From assembly GCA_963693365.1 (NCBI GenBank), contig CAVNZM010000008.1:2943572-3007571 (forward strand): a DNA stretch of 64,000 bases, given 5' to 3'. Positions 1 to 29,528 of the stretch are shown in pieces. The notes beneath the pieces were generated by a model that worked only from the letters and a program-made list of their open reading frames with translations, did no database searches and had not been told where the DNA came from. Source of the stretch: Amoebidium appalachense. Its lineage: Eukaryota; Protista; Ichthyosporea. Positions within the stretch are counted from its first letter, which is position 1; each line of letters starts with the position of its first letter. Both the position numbers and the translations under genes were made by a program.

Positions 1-636
1 TCTCAAAACCCCCTCCCCGGTCCCCTGTCCCCTCCCCTTTCCTCCTCCCTTTCCCTCTGGTCCTCCCCTCTATGCACCAAAACTCCATTATCCCCCTTCT
101 CTCCGAACCCCCACCCCCCGCCCCCACCCACCCATCCACCCACCCACCCCCACACACCCCGTTTCCCTAAAAACACACACAGACACACACAAGCACCACC
201 ACCGTCATATATGCAAGCCTCACTGCACACAAACACATACAAACCTCCCAGGACATGCACGTAAGCGCACCGCCAGTCAAGCACACATGTGCAAAACTAA
301 GCTTGAAGTAACATGTGCAGGTATGAGTCTAAGGAAACTTGGCTAGGTATAGGTAAACCAGAATATATGTCTAGACTTTTTGAATAGGCGTGCCAAACAT
401 ACGCCTTTAATCGATCGGTACTCAGGGATGCAATATATGGAGTGATAACATTTCCTATGTGGTCTACATGAGTCGCTACCTAGTGTCGGGGACTTATGCC
501 CACACAAACTGCTTTAACTTAGAACAAATCACCAGTAGATGACTCGTATTCATGCATGGTGTTGTAACACATCACAGAGCACAAACACAAACATGTAATC
601 ATTTTCGTTTTTTAAGAATGATCCTGGGGCACGTAC

Positions 637-1081
637 GGGTGATATGACAGCTGCTATGCCCTTTGGTGTTTTCCCCTTCTCCGTGGCTGTGCTCCCGCCT
701 TCACCTGCGACAGTATGATCAGAGCAAGAACAACAACAGGGGAGGGAAAAAAAAAAAAATACAAGGAGAGTAGATTTGGCCTCAAAGGAAAGAAAGAAAA
801 GTTAACAGCGCCTACACAGGACACCACTACCCCCCCCCCCCCCCCCCCCCCCCTCCCCGCCAAAAAAAAAAAAAACTTTAAGAAAGAAAGAAAAAAGAAA
901 AACAGGGGGGGGGGGGGGGGGGGGGAAAGACAACATCACCACCACTCCCACCTTTCCCCAAACCACAACGCCAAAGTCAGATTTACGATTCCCAAATCAT
1001 CCATAAAGCAACCAAGTAGTGTTCACATACATTACCGTTTTCGGGAAATGACGTGGGGAGGAAGAGGGGAAAGGGGGAACG

Positions 1082-1113
<32 letters not shown>

Positions 1114-1810
1114 AGATGGACACACCTGTGAGTGCCAATCTTCGAAGGGCCGACCTTACGGCCTGCAATGTGGCACACAGGGTCTGGGCTGGACCCTGCA
1201 GCTTAGCAAACACCTGGGGCGTGCATGTGTCGGGTGAGTGGGCAGGAAGGGAGTAAGGAGGGGGGAAAAGGGTGTTTGAGGGGGGGGAGGGGGGCGGGGG
1301 GAGGGGATGCAACGGGAAACGCGCGGGGGGGAGGGGGAGGGGGAGGGGAGGGGGGGGAGGGGGTGTAGACGGGTTAGAGGGATCATGGTAGAATGAACGA
1401 GTGAGTGAATGGGCGTATGCATACGAGAAACCTGGCAAGTAAGGGGTGGGCACGAGGATGGGTTGTGTGTGTGTGTGTGTGTGTGCCTGCGTGTGTGTAT
1501 GCGCATGCGTGCGTGTCTATGGGTGTGTGTGGGGGGGGAGGTATGGGTGTGTGAGTGAGTGTGTGTGGGGAGGGGGGGGGGGGCATTTGAATGCGTCAAA
1601 AAGTACGAAGTACACAAGAACAAACGGATAACACGATGCAGAATGCAAGCCATACATAAAGAGTATGCATAATAACCAGAGCCCATCCTCAGGGGGGCCC
1701 CACGTCATCCACAGTGGGGGACAGGGGGCCGGGGGGGGGGGGGGGGGGGGGTGGTTGAGTAAGTGACTGAGTGGTTGAGTGAATGAGTGAGTGAGTGGGT
1801 GAGCGCGCGC

Positions 1811-1883
<73 letters not shown>

Positions 1884-2843
1884 CGCGCGCACGTGCGCGT
1901 GTGCATTTGCGTGTGTGCGCACGCATTTGTGTGTGTGAGTGTTTGTGTGTATGTGTGAGTGTGTGTGTGTGCATGTGTATTTATGTGTTTTGAATGGGTT
2001 TATGAAGGAGTAAGGGGGGGGAGGGGGGGGGGGGAGGTCAATATAGTACACAGCGTGACTCACGCACACATCAAGTATAGATAACAGTAGTGCATGCAAC
2101 ATCGGTAGAGCCAATTCTCAAGGGGGGATTACGCCCTACTCAGATACTGCCTCATTGGGAGATGAAAAGTGAGTGTTTCAACCGTCTTGATGGGGGCGGG
2201 AGATGTCGGGGGGGGGGGGGGGGGGGGGTTTGCTACACACCTCTTCAGACATATCTACGGCACAGAACCCTTGTGCCAGTATCTCTGCCTGGAACAACGT
2301 GCTCTCACAGTAGGTGGCCGCAAGTAGGAGCTGTATGAGATGGTTTTTAGGGTGTATCAGTAATTGGCTTTGATAGGAATATTTGGAACTTCACGTACAC
2401 CATAACCGAATGCTCAACCGATGAAAAAATTATCTGCACACACAACATTACTATATATGAATTGGAGTATGTAGGTTTTAGATGGCTTTTAGGGGGGAAA
2501 AAACATTATGTGGGGGAGGCCGTGTGGGGTCGGGTAGGGGGGAGGGGGGGGGGAGGGGGGGGGATTGTGATACATAGTACAGAGTTCAAGCACTTACTAC
2601 GATGAACACGTTGCAGAAGCTGGAAAGGGAAGGGGAGGAGGGGGAGGAGGGAGAAGGGGGGGGGGGGGGGGAGGGGGGGATAACGGGTAATACCTGATCA
2701 AGGGGGTCAAGAGAGAAGAGGTACTCACGGGGGCTGGCCACCCCACAGCGCACAACTATACCATATAGGGAGTCGAGAAGGTTCTTTTGTGCTAAACGCA
2801 CCTTAAGCTCAGCAATCCTGCATAGTGATTGGGATGTTATTTA

Positions 2844-2911
<68 letters not shown>

Positions 2912-3655
2912 TGTGTGTCTGTGTGTGTGTGTTTGTGTTGTATGTGTGTGTGTGTGTGTTCAGTTTGTGTGTGCATGTGCAACTTTGTGATTGGCTTTTT
3001 TTTGTGTGTATGTATGTTATCTGGTGTGTGGGCATGAGTACTTGTGTTGCATGTGTACAGATAATTGGTCTGTGCGTGTGTCTGGATGAGTGTGATCATC
3101 CATGTGTGTGCATGCATTGCTTCTTTTCGTGTGCATGTTGTTTTGCCCTATCGCCTCCCCCTCCCCCCTCCTCCCCCTCCCCCCCTTCCCTCCCCTCCTC
3201 TCCCCACCCCCTCCCAGTGACTATTGCCCTCCAGCCCCCATCCCCCCCCCCCTCCTCTACCCTCCCCCCCCCCCCCCCCCCCCTCCCCCCTCATGCCCAC
3301 ACACACACACTACGGACGGGGTACGCACAAGCCCCAAAGAGAACAGAAAACGTGAATAGCTTAGTAACGCTTATAACAGTTTCCGAGCTGCATGGCAGCT
3401 CTAAGCCCGGTCGATGGTAACGAAACAAGGCAGCAGGCAATTAGCTAAAACGGACTCCTACCTCATCTTCTCAAACGATGGCGGCTCCTTACTGATTGAT
3501 AGTTTCTCGTGTTTTTTAGCCCGACGGACCACCTTTTCGTCGCAGTGGTAGAACACAGACAGGGGTTTTTTCTTGTCTAGGCGCGGCCCTTTCCCTTGGG
3601 ATCCATGCTTGGGAAAGGCAAACACGGCCCTCTTTCGCAACTGTATGTTCCCCAT
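637..3655 (-). CDS. Partial multi-exon gene of unknown function (continues toward or past the left edge)
   Basis: Phase-compatible GT-AG exons 2598-2619, 2241-2330, 1126-1213 and 637-704 give [89 protein letters not shown]. Candidate 5' exons 3462-3655 (MGNIQLRK...SFEKM) and 2729-2817 ([14 protein letters not shown], weakly SAP-like) join each other in phase but not cleanly to 2619, so the 5' structure is unresolved. Confidence 0.45.
1583..1715 (-). mobile_element. Second-subfamily copy of the poly(C)-ended repeat
   Basis: Minus strand reads GTGGATGACGTGGGGCCCCCCTGAGGATGGGCTCTG...TACTTCGTACTTTTTGACGCATTCAAATG then a C-run. The same subfamily is seen truncated at 56915-56985 (+) and 16419-16450 (-). 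Confidence 0.8.
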
Positions 3656-3860
3656 TACCAATCAGCGCCGGAATGAGTTGAAATAGATTGAAAGTAAAAG
3701 ACCTCCATTGGTTGTCTAAAAATGAACTTTCAAAGCAGCGAAAACAAGGCAAGATAAAGGAAGGTGGACTCATGTGAGGAGGGTAAAAAGCCTAAAATCC
3801 AGAGATCGAGCTATCATGCAGCCGCTCTGTACCCTCACAGTATATCCCCCCTTCCCCCCT

Positions 3861-3891
<31 letters not shown>

Positions 3892-3916
3892 CCATAGGAT
3901 TGTCGACAGTAGTGAT

Positions 3917-3966
<50 letters not shown>

Positions 3967-5204
3967 AAAAAAGAAAGAAAAAGAAAGAAAAAAAAGGAAA
4001 GAAAGAAAGAAAGAAAGAAAAATAAAGAAAAAACCAAACAGCACCAGCGATTCTCCCCCACCACCCCCCCCACCCCCATCCCCGCCCCACTCCAAAGCAA
4101 TACACATCACTGTGGCGCCCTTCGAATACCACCTATCCTGCCCACACAAAAATCCCAGGCATGTGTTATTTCCTATCCCTCCGCATTGTCACCTCCCCCC
4201 TCCCCCCTCCCCCCCCCCTCCTCCTCCTCCCTCGCCCCCTACCCCCTCCCTCCCTAAGCCCCACCACCGCCACCATACCCACTACCCCCACCCTCTCCTG
4301 CTCCTTCCTAACTGCAGAATCTGTTCCCTGCCCGCTTTCCTTCCCTTCTGATGTGGCAGCGCTTTCATCATTGCGTTCTGCACCAGCCCTTGGCACAACT
4401 GAAAGGGACGGTTAACTGGACAGTATGCAAGGCTGGGAAGTGATAGGAGGGCAGGGCGGGAAGGTCGCAGGGGATGAAAGTGTATTCATTTTTGTGCCTC
4501 TGTACATCCGATAATAACATAGAACCATGTGTGCAACTTTGTTTTCTCCTTTTCTTTAACAAGATCCAGACTTGAGTGTGCTACCATAGTAATAACCGAG
4601 TAGTTAGAGGGAGTAACGCACTAGTCCCTAAATACGATAGTCAGTGCCCATTGCTACAGATTTCTCGTCTCTATACTTACAGATTGGTCCAGCTCATATG
4701 CTTCTTGCTGGCTGCCATATGCATCACCGGAACGATGGCCTCCACCAACCGGAGTTGGCAACGGTGACTGAGTATCCATAGTCTCAGTCAATTGACCAGC
4801 GTTGTAGATCAAGAAAATGATGATTTAGCGGGTAGCGCGTATGTGTAATAGCCAATTGAAACCCATCTATATCTATCCGATGTTAGTGCAACAAAATGTA
4901 GAAAGGTAGAGATGGTACCCGCTAGAGATCAGCGGAAAACAGTTGCCGAAAATTGCTCATTAGGTGCCCGGCTCCACAGCTTTTCAAAAAGCAGTAATAT
5001 AAACAGATCGAAAAGCTAGGGAATCAATGCTTGCACGTTCTCGTTGATAGATGAGATTTTCGCACATCACAGCACACACAACTTCGCTGCACACACAACT
5101 TCACTGCAAATTGTGCCCGCTCTTCACTTGGCACAAACCGGAAGACAGTCGTTTCTGATTTCTGCGCGCGCTTCTCACGCAAAAGCAGCATTAGTCTTGT
5201 CATA

Positions 5205-5446
5205 AATGACGTCATATAAACAGGTAGAGCCTGAGACATTATACTCAAAATCAAATAATAGAGTCTACGTGAAGGCTCAAGAGACTACTGTAGCCTGACT
5301 GGCTGGAAGCGCACCACCTTCACTGTGCGATGACGTAAAGTAGTCTGCTAGTCTTACGTCACTACGCCTGAATGTCGTCATTGTCAGTATTATCAGATAC
5401 ATTTTTCCTGGAAAATTCGTAAGTAGTTTGTAGATTACAACGTCAT
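5205..5446. promoter_or_regulatory. Cluster of CRE/ATF-like motifs in the region upstream of EF1A
   Basis: TGACGTCA at 5207, TGACGTAA at 5331, TTACGTCA at 5354 and AACGTCA near 5439. Motif match only. Confidence 0.3.
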
Positions 5447-6068
5447 CATTCTGTGGAGGGAGGGGGGCAAATACGATACCTTGAGTGAGTCCACACTAAA
5501 CAGCATTCAAGTTGTTGAAATCACTAGAATAAGCCTATTTGGCAGCAATATTGAAGAAAAAAAGTGCATGAGTCTTTTCACATTGATTTTTGAGAAATGT
5601 GCACCGAAAACATCCTTAGTCACTCATATATTTTGTAGCGCTCTTCGAAATCTTGGAACTTGCCGTATTTTGATTGGCGCTGTCATGTGTACTTGCAGGG
5701 TAGGGACACGGTAGTTTCGAATTTCTTTCGGCCTTTCCTCTCAAGGCTGCGCTTTGCGGTATTCTCAGCTAAAGCTCCGGACAACCGCCGGTTCGGCGTG
5801 CGCAGTGACCCTTGCCAAAAAGAGGGCTTGCTTGCCAAAACCGTTATTTAAACAATAAAATTTGTGCAAGAAATCAGAAAATGTCGCTGTTTTACCATTC
5901 AGGAGTGGTCTAAAGAATCCCGCAAGGACCTTTCGATGTTTCTGTGTATTTGGTCTAAACAGATATTTTACACACCCTGTCCATTCGGCGTTTCGCGTTT
6001 CACAAAACCCTTTGTGCATCCCACGAGTCTTCACACTTTCGTCTCACTCAACGGAACTCTGTCAAACG

Positions 6069-8033
<1,965 letters not shown>

Positions 8034-8748
8034 ATGTGTCCCTCATTTACTTTTTAGCAATATCCGAATATTTAGCGGTGTGGGCTGGCTGGGCTCATCC
8101 CATAGGGTTGTGATCCTGGCTGCTCTTTTGTAAGTAATTATGCGAAGATGGTTTGCTCCGGGGACAGACGTCTGCCCGAGAAGCAGGTTGTGTACTATAC
8201 TGTTGTAGAGTATGACCGGTACCAGCTCAGTCAGATTGTCCAGGTGGCAGTGACCCGTCTACCCCAGTAAACGTCTCGTGTCAAGTTCGTATGGTCTCAT
8301 AGTCAGTCCTTCCCCTCCGTGCGACATTCGCACTACTTGTTGGCTTTGGTTTTCCTGTGTTCCGGCAGATGGTTTGGGTTGCCCTTTAGACTGCTCCTCC
8401 TCGAATATCCCTGTTCATTTTCCGCTCCTTCAAGGTTTTAATAAGATTTTGCTCCCCCACCCGGAAGATGGGCTCTGTTTATGCGTTGCTTGTGGATGTC
8501 CCCTGCACACTAGTATTTCTCATGGTGTAGTTGTCCTTCGTACGGTGTTTCACATAGTTCCACATAGTAACATTCTCCCCCTGCATACACAAAAACGCGC
8601 TCACTGTGGAAATTTTGAGCCCGCTCTTTGCCCTTGCGAAATCTGCATTGTGTTTTTCGTTGTTACCCGTTCTCTTGTTCGGTGCCTTTGCAAAATCTGT
8701 GTTACGTTATCCGTCGTGTGTACTTCTTCTTCTGTGATGCATTCTAGT

Positions 8749-8794
<46 letters not shown>

Positions 8795-10742
8795 TGTGTG
8801 TGGCGCAAATTGCTTGCTTATATGACATTCTCTGGCCACCGATGGTTCCTGCGAAAGAGGCACTTACGTTGGGGCTCCAGGGGAAGGCTTGGCTCTCGGC
8901 TTCGTCTAGTTTATATGTTTAACGGCATTACTCGCTGATTCTCAAGCCTGCCCCTTTATATCTCGTTATATCTCGCTCTGTGTGTGTGTCTCGTTTTCTC
9001 TTAGACTGCGCCTGAGCTCCGGAATCATTCCCCTCCCCCCTTTAACACCGCGTCCCAAGTACCACGGCATATGTGTAGCCATTGTATGCATGTATCTCGT
9101 AAGCTCAAGAGCATATGCATATGCATACACATCTGATTTAAACGTTACTGTACGGCATATGTACTCTTTTCGAACTCAAGTGGTTGACTGGTGTGGCTGT
9201 GGTGGAATGGCTGAATCCACTTCTTGAACATACCCTATCATATTAGTATTTGAATTTCCTTGAGAACCCCCCCCCCCCGTCCCCACACACACACACACAG
9301 GCCTAGGGACACACACACACACACACACACACAAACATGAAAACCTTTTAAAATATATTCGTGATTATAGTCTCCCATGGGACTGTCACGAATATAGCCC
9401 CCTGTTTCGCGTCAATATGTGGTCGAGATGGTTACCGTGCACGTGGTGGTTGCCGTCATGATCAAGGCGCGTGGCCGGTGGCACCGGTGGCGGTCATGTG
9501 TAACTGTGTGACTTATGCATGTGCACATTTGTACATGTACATGTGTGCATGTGCATGTGTGTGTGTGCATGTGTTTTTGTATGTGTACTGTGTTGTGCGT
9601 GTGTGTGTGTGTGTGTGTGCACATGTGTGTGTGTGTGTGTGTGTGTTGTTGTTGTTGTTGTTATGGGGGGGGGGGGGGGGGGAGGGGGGCTGTTGTTGAA
9701 TGTTGTTGATAAATGTGTGTACATGTACATGTTGCAATCACAGCCCAAATGGCAATAGTTCTCAAACAGCTTCGCATATGGCCAGGGTCAACGATACATC
9801 CCGGGAGTCACGATGTAAGCAAAACGCTTCCCCCCTCTCCCAAAGTAGGCTTTTCTTTTGCAATTTTTTGAATGACACCCGGCGTTCGTGCACCGTCGTC
9901 TTTCAATGTGGGTATGACTCAGTCATCAAAAAGGCCACTTTGAAAGTTGCAAGGCCCAACTTGAGGCACAACTTGATGATTACCAAGTTAGCCACTGGCT
10001 AACACCAACGTATCGGCATAGAAGCAACAACAGTAAGCCGATCGCGACCAAATCGCAACGTGCTAATCGAAAGAAGATATACTCAACGGGAAATATGTCT
10101 GTACCCTGTATAAGGCTGATGCGGCTAGAAACTGGATGGAATAGGGAAAGACTATCGCATGGCAGATATTTTGTGCATACGAGAACAACCGCTACGTGAT
10201 CGATTACATAAAATTAGCCCTTTGTTCTATAGGCTAAACAACAACCTTCTAGTTGTAGCATTCAACAGATTCTAATAGGCATGTTAGGAAAGACAGCGTG
10301 GGATTCTGAAGGATATAAATGGTATATGGTAGCCTAAAACCAGTAGGTCACACCAGCCAAGTCCGTAACACGATAACGGCCTGGCAAGTCTATGCAAGTT
10401 GTCCACCATCAGGCATACGGGTTTACACAAGCAATCTGTACACCGTGGCGTGTGCACCATGAAGCAAGCTTTATCGGGAACCCCCCCTTTATCGGGACCC
10501 CCCCCCCCCCCGAATTGTTTATTGATATTTATCAACAACAACCCCCCCCCCCCCCCCTCCCCCCCCCCCCCCCCTCCCCTCTCCTCAATGCATCCTTCCC
10601 AAAGCACGAGTAGTGCCCTAGACTAAGAAGAGATAGATCCATGTTATAGATCCATGTTCCCGAGCTATAGCCAGGCAGCTAGACCATCACTAATGCGGCA
10701 TTATCTGATGGCATTCTCTCCAACTCGATGTCATTGAGGGGT

Positions 10743-25529
<14,787 letters not shown>

Positions 25530-25535
25530 TTTTCT

Positions 25536-26607
25536 GCGGGAAAACGTTTCATTAAAAAACAAAGAGCAGCTCTCGGTTTAAGTTGCACACCCGTTCCGCC
25601 AAACCCCTGCATCTTCCACCGCAGACAAAGCTACTAAAAAATGTTTGTCTGTTGCCAGCTCCGTCTCCATCTGCTGCCCTACTCCCCCCTCTGGCTTATC
25701 CCCCCTCCCCCCCCCCCCCCCCCTTCCCCTGTCCCCCCATCCCCCTCACCACACACATCCCTCCGCCGTCCCCCCCCCCCCCCCCCAACTCCCCCTTCTC
25801 CCCCCCCCCCCCCCTCCCTCCCCGCTTCCCCCAACACACACACAAAACACTTTTCCCGTTTTCTCCCTTCTCACACCTCGTTAACCTAAGCCCTTCCTTC
25901 AATGCTTCTGTGCGCTCGCGCCGAAAGAGCGCACTCAGTACTATGCCATGCACAGACGACTAATCACTGAGGTTGTCGCAAATCCTCGAGACCAAAAAAG
26001 AGATAGAAAAAACGTCAGAACAAGGATCTGGGATGCAAAAACACCTGCTGATAACACAGTACCTGTGTGTGTAGGTTTGAGTGGGTTCACGTTAAAGACT
26101 TTGCTTGTCCGCTGAAGCTATAGGTTATACTGCAAAAGCGACGTTTTGTAGAGAAGGAAAGAGGATTAGAGTGATAGGACGATTTCTTTCTCAGTCTTTC
26201 TTGTTTTCACGCTCCCACTCTGCAATGTTTTGTTTTGGAGCATCTACTCGTGTTTGGCTCACATTGCTGCTCCTCGCTTATTTCTTGAACTAGATAATGG
26301 CAATATGTAGTAAAGGTCTTGCCTTCAAGTTTGACCCGCTATTGCGACATTATCAAATTAGTGAACTATACAGGACTGTGTGCTTTAAAGAAAGTATTTA
26401 TTATATATAAAAAACATACATCTACGGACATTGTTTCTTAGATAGGTACATACACTACATTGTGCAAGTCAGCCTACAGCCTAGGCCCTGTAGTACAGTC
26501 ATCTTTACATTATCGAGGAATGCATTTTTGCGGGAACACACACGATTGGTTCAATCTAGCCAACCAAATCCCTTTATGCCTGTTTTCGCGGGAACGTTTT
26601 TGATTGG
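25536..26607 (-). promoter_or_regulatory. E2F-like and CCAAT motifs upstream of MCM3
   Basis: TTTCCCGC (minus strand, 25536-25543) just before the ATG; GCGGGAAC-N6-GATTGG occurs twice with identical spacing (26530-26549, 26588-26607). Confidence 0.5.
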
Positions 26608-27160
26608 ATCAATGCTACTGTCGTGGGCTAAATTACAGTAATGATTTATATCCAATAAGAGCCTGATCCAAATGAGGTGATTGTCACTGTTTAAAAGTGA
26701 GCCAACTCTTGGCAGCGTAGCGCTATAATGCAAATAGAACTTATTATTTTTTCTAAAGAAGTATTAATCAAAAACTTTATGAATGATTTTATTTTGCTCC
26801 ACATTCCTCTAAAAGCACGTAAATGCTATTCATTCTCTTATAAATTGCGCACCCTCAAGGGGCCTGATCCAATCTGAAGACGAGAGGGTCTTACCCGACT
26901 CAGCCCGAACAGGAGGTAGGCAAAATGTAATTGTTTGTGCACTCATTTCTGAAGAGTAGAACTTTTTTTGTATTCTTTTGCGCATATTGTCACAAATGAT
27001 ACAATTTATACTTCTAATGCCTATAAATATAACTTAACCATGCACGAATGACATTTTAGAAGTCCGATTTTCAGCCTGCCAGTGACAGCCTCGTGAGCAG
27101 TATACTTTTGCCCTCCTCCCAATATTTATATCAATTATTCCAGGGCCCCCCATGCAGGCT

Positions 27161-27762
27161 CAGGGTTCGACATTTGGGTTTCAAGTCGGGTATTTTCCGA
27201 AGTTTTGTGACGTCATCCATTTTGGCCTCGCGAAAGGTGGGGTATTTCCAGGATATACGTACTTTGGATAGATCAGATAAACCTTTGTATACCTATCCGC
27301 TAATATGTAAGTATATCCTCTGGCGGGGAGCCCCTCGTGTGAGAAGCCAAAACACACTTGATACAGGTGCTTTTGAAACTCAGGTATTTTGTTTTCACTG
27401 AGCGCGCATGTCACACTCGCCTACCCGCATCATTATAACCCGAGACAGCCAGTCTAACTTTCGTTTAGGTGTTATAATCGCCTGTTCATCTCAGGATAGA
27501 GACATTGTGTTGCTGACTAACTTTAATGAATAGCCTGAGGCGCGCGCAGCGCGCCGCCCCGCTGAAAAGCTTTGCTTAGTGTCACCACATTCGCACCTAT
27601 TCCTGTGTGCTAAGTTCTCTCCGTGTCTCTAGCTTCAACGGTGGTCGTTTCTTAGATAAGTCTTTCTCCTGAGGATTTCCCTTACGGTCACTTCCTCTCT
27701 TGGGGCGCCCGCGCACCCCCTTCTAGAGATCTGAAGTCTCTCTCTCTTCTCTCTCTCTCTCC

Positions 27763-27807
<45 letters not shown>

Positions 27808-27941
27808 CCCTCCCTCCCTCCCTCTCTCTGCCGCTCTCTCTCTCCCCCTCCCCCCCAGTCTCTCTCTTTCTTTCGCTCTCTCTCTCTATCTCTCTATCTC
27901 TCCCCCCCCCCCCCCCCCCCCCCCCAGTCTCTCTCTTTCTT

Positions 27942-27995
<54 letters not shown>

Positions 27996-28166
27996 CTCTC
28001 TCTCGCCCCCTCTTCCCTCAGGCTTTCCGGACGGTCTCTCTCTCTTCACGTTCTTCCTCCTCTCCCTCTCTCTGTCTCTCTCTCTCACCGTCTCCCCCCT
28101 CCCCCCCCCCCCCCTCCCCCCCGCCCGGGTCTCTCTCTCAGGCAGTTTTCAATCACTCGCTCTTTA

Positions 28167-28226
<60 letters not shown>

Positions 28227-29122
28227 CTCTCTCTCCCTCTCTCCCCAAGAGTCTCTTTGTCTCTCTCTCTCCCCCTCTCTCACGGTGCTCTGAGACTCCC
28301 GGTCTCTCTTTCTCTCCGAAGCCTCCCCCTCTCCCCCCCACCCCCACCCCCTCCCTCACTACCCTCCCAGCTCTCTCTCTGCCTGTCTCCTCCGCCTACA
28401 GGCAACTGGGCTTTCTTTCCAGTTCCAACGTAATATCCCTCTCGTTGTCCCCCCCCCCCCCCCCCCCCCCCTCCCCCCCCCTTCCCCCGGGCCGGGGGGT
28501 TAGAGACGGCTGCATTTTCCTCCACCACCTCCGCCACCTCCTTGGCAACCGAAATATTAGCACCCGATTCCTGGCCCACAGACTTTTCAGTGGTGACCGT
28601 ACCAGACTGCTTGGCCTTCTTTGCCTTGACCACCGCAAGCGTGTTTAAGAAAATCGCTTAACTTGAGTGTTTTAGGGCCAGGCTTCGACTGCTCCTTCCC
28701 ATCTGAAAAGCGATGGTCAGGCTGCCGAGTGCTGGCAGCCACAGGGGCTACCCTAGGAAGCGCGTGTTTGCCCATGGAGAGAGTGACCTACAGCGAAAGG
28801 GCCCAAAAACAACACGGGTGAAAGCGTGACACGTGAGAACTTAAAAAAAAAACCGGCTCTGAGTCACCTGACAACTGACTTGAAGGCTGTGTTTTGACTG
28901 AAGGGAGGGAGTTTTGCGCCAAAAAAAAACAACGAAAATAACCATGACTGTTGTAAGGCCATGACATTGTAACCTTAAGATTATGTCAAAGGGTTCCCCA
29001 ATTTTACCATTACAGTGGCCAAAATTCATTTTACTTGACTGCTGAGTGCTGGATAACCGAGCGAACTATCCCATGCATGAAAATAATAGCCTATCACCGA
29101 ATTCCCACCCCAGCTGGTGCTT

Positions 29123-29173
<51 letters not shown>

Positions 29174-29308
29174 CTATATGTACACTCCACTATCCGGCCA
29201 CGTACCCTACGCAGGAAGGGTAGTGTACCCCAGCCTCTTCCAGGCGGGGTATTTTTTTCTGGCAGTGGGGTATTTTTTAGGGTATTTTTGGGGTATTGTC
29301 TAACCCTG
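27161..29308. mobile_element. Non-autonomous hAT-superfamily DNA transposon, 2148 bp
   Basis: 12-bp TIRs CAGGGTTCGACA (27161-27172) and TGTCTAACCCTG (29297-29308), one mismatch. Perfect 8-bp TSD TGCAGGCT (27153-27160, 29309-29316). Subterminal GGGTATT(T) repeats at both ends. No transposase ORF. Confidence 0.9.
28490..28775 (-). pseudogene. Frameshifted ORF fragment inside the hAT element
   Basis: MGKHALPRVAPV...KTLKLSDF continues as LNTLAVVKAKKAKQSG...EVVEENAAVSNP if one T is removed from a T4 run near 28650, then breaks into poly-G/(GA)n. Confidence 0.45.
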
Positions 29309-29528
29309 TGCAGGCTCATATCGTGCCTTCACGTCTGCCTTCACGTGCACCGAGCGACTCCCATAAAGGTACAGGGCTTACAGGCAACAGAGAGTACTGT
29401 CTCAAAGTTCACTTCACATCACTGTAAACAAGCTGGCAGCTTTGGCTAGCAAATTGGTCCGTGTAAAACGAAGAACCGTTATTGAGACACTTGTTTTGTT
29501 GATTGTGAAACTCAAAGATCCTTGCAGA

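Noticed and set aside
9361-10002. Possible small gene between EF1A and MCM3 (GC-rich Gly/Arg patch near 9420-9495, ORF 9700-10002)
   Set aside because: No recognisable motif or consistent exon chain.
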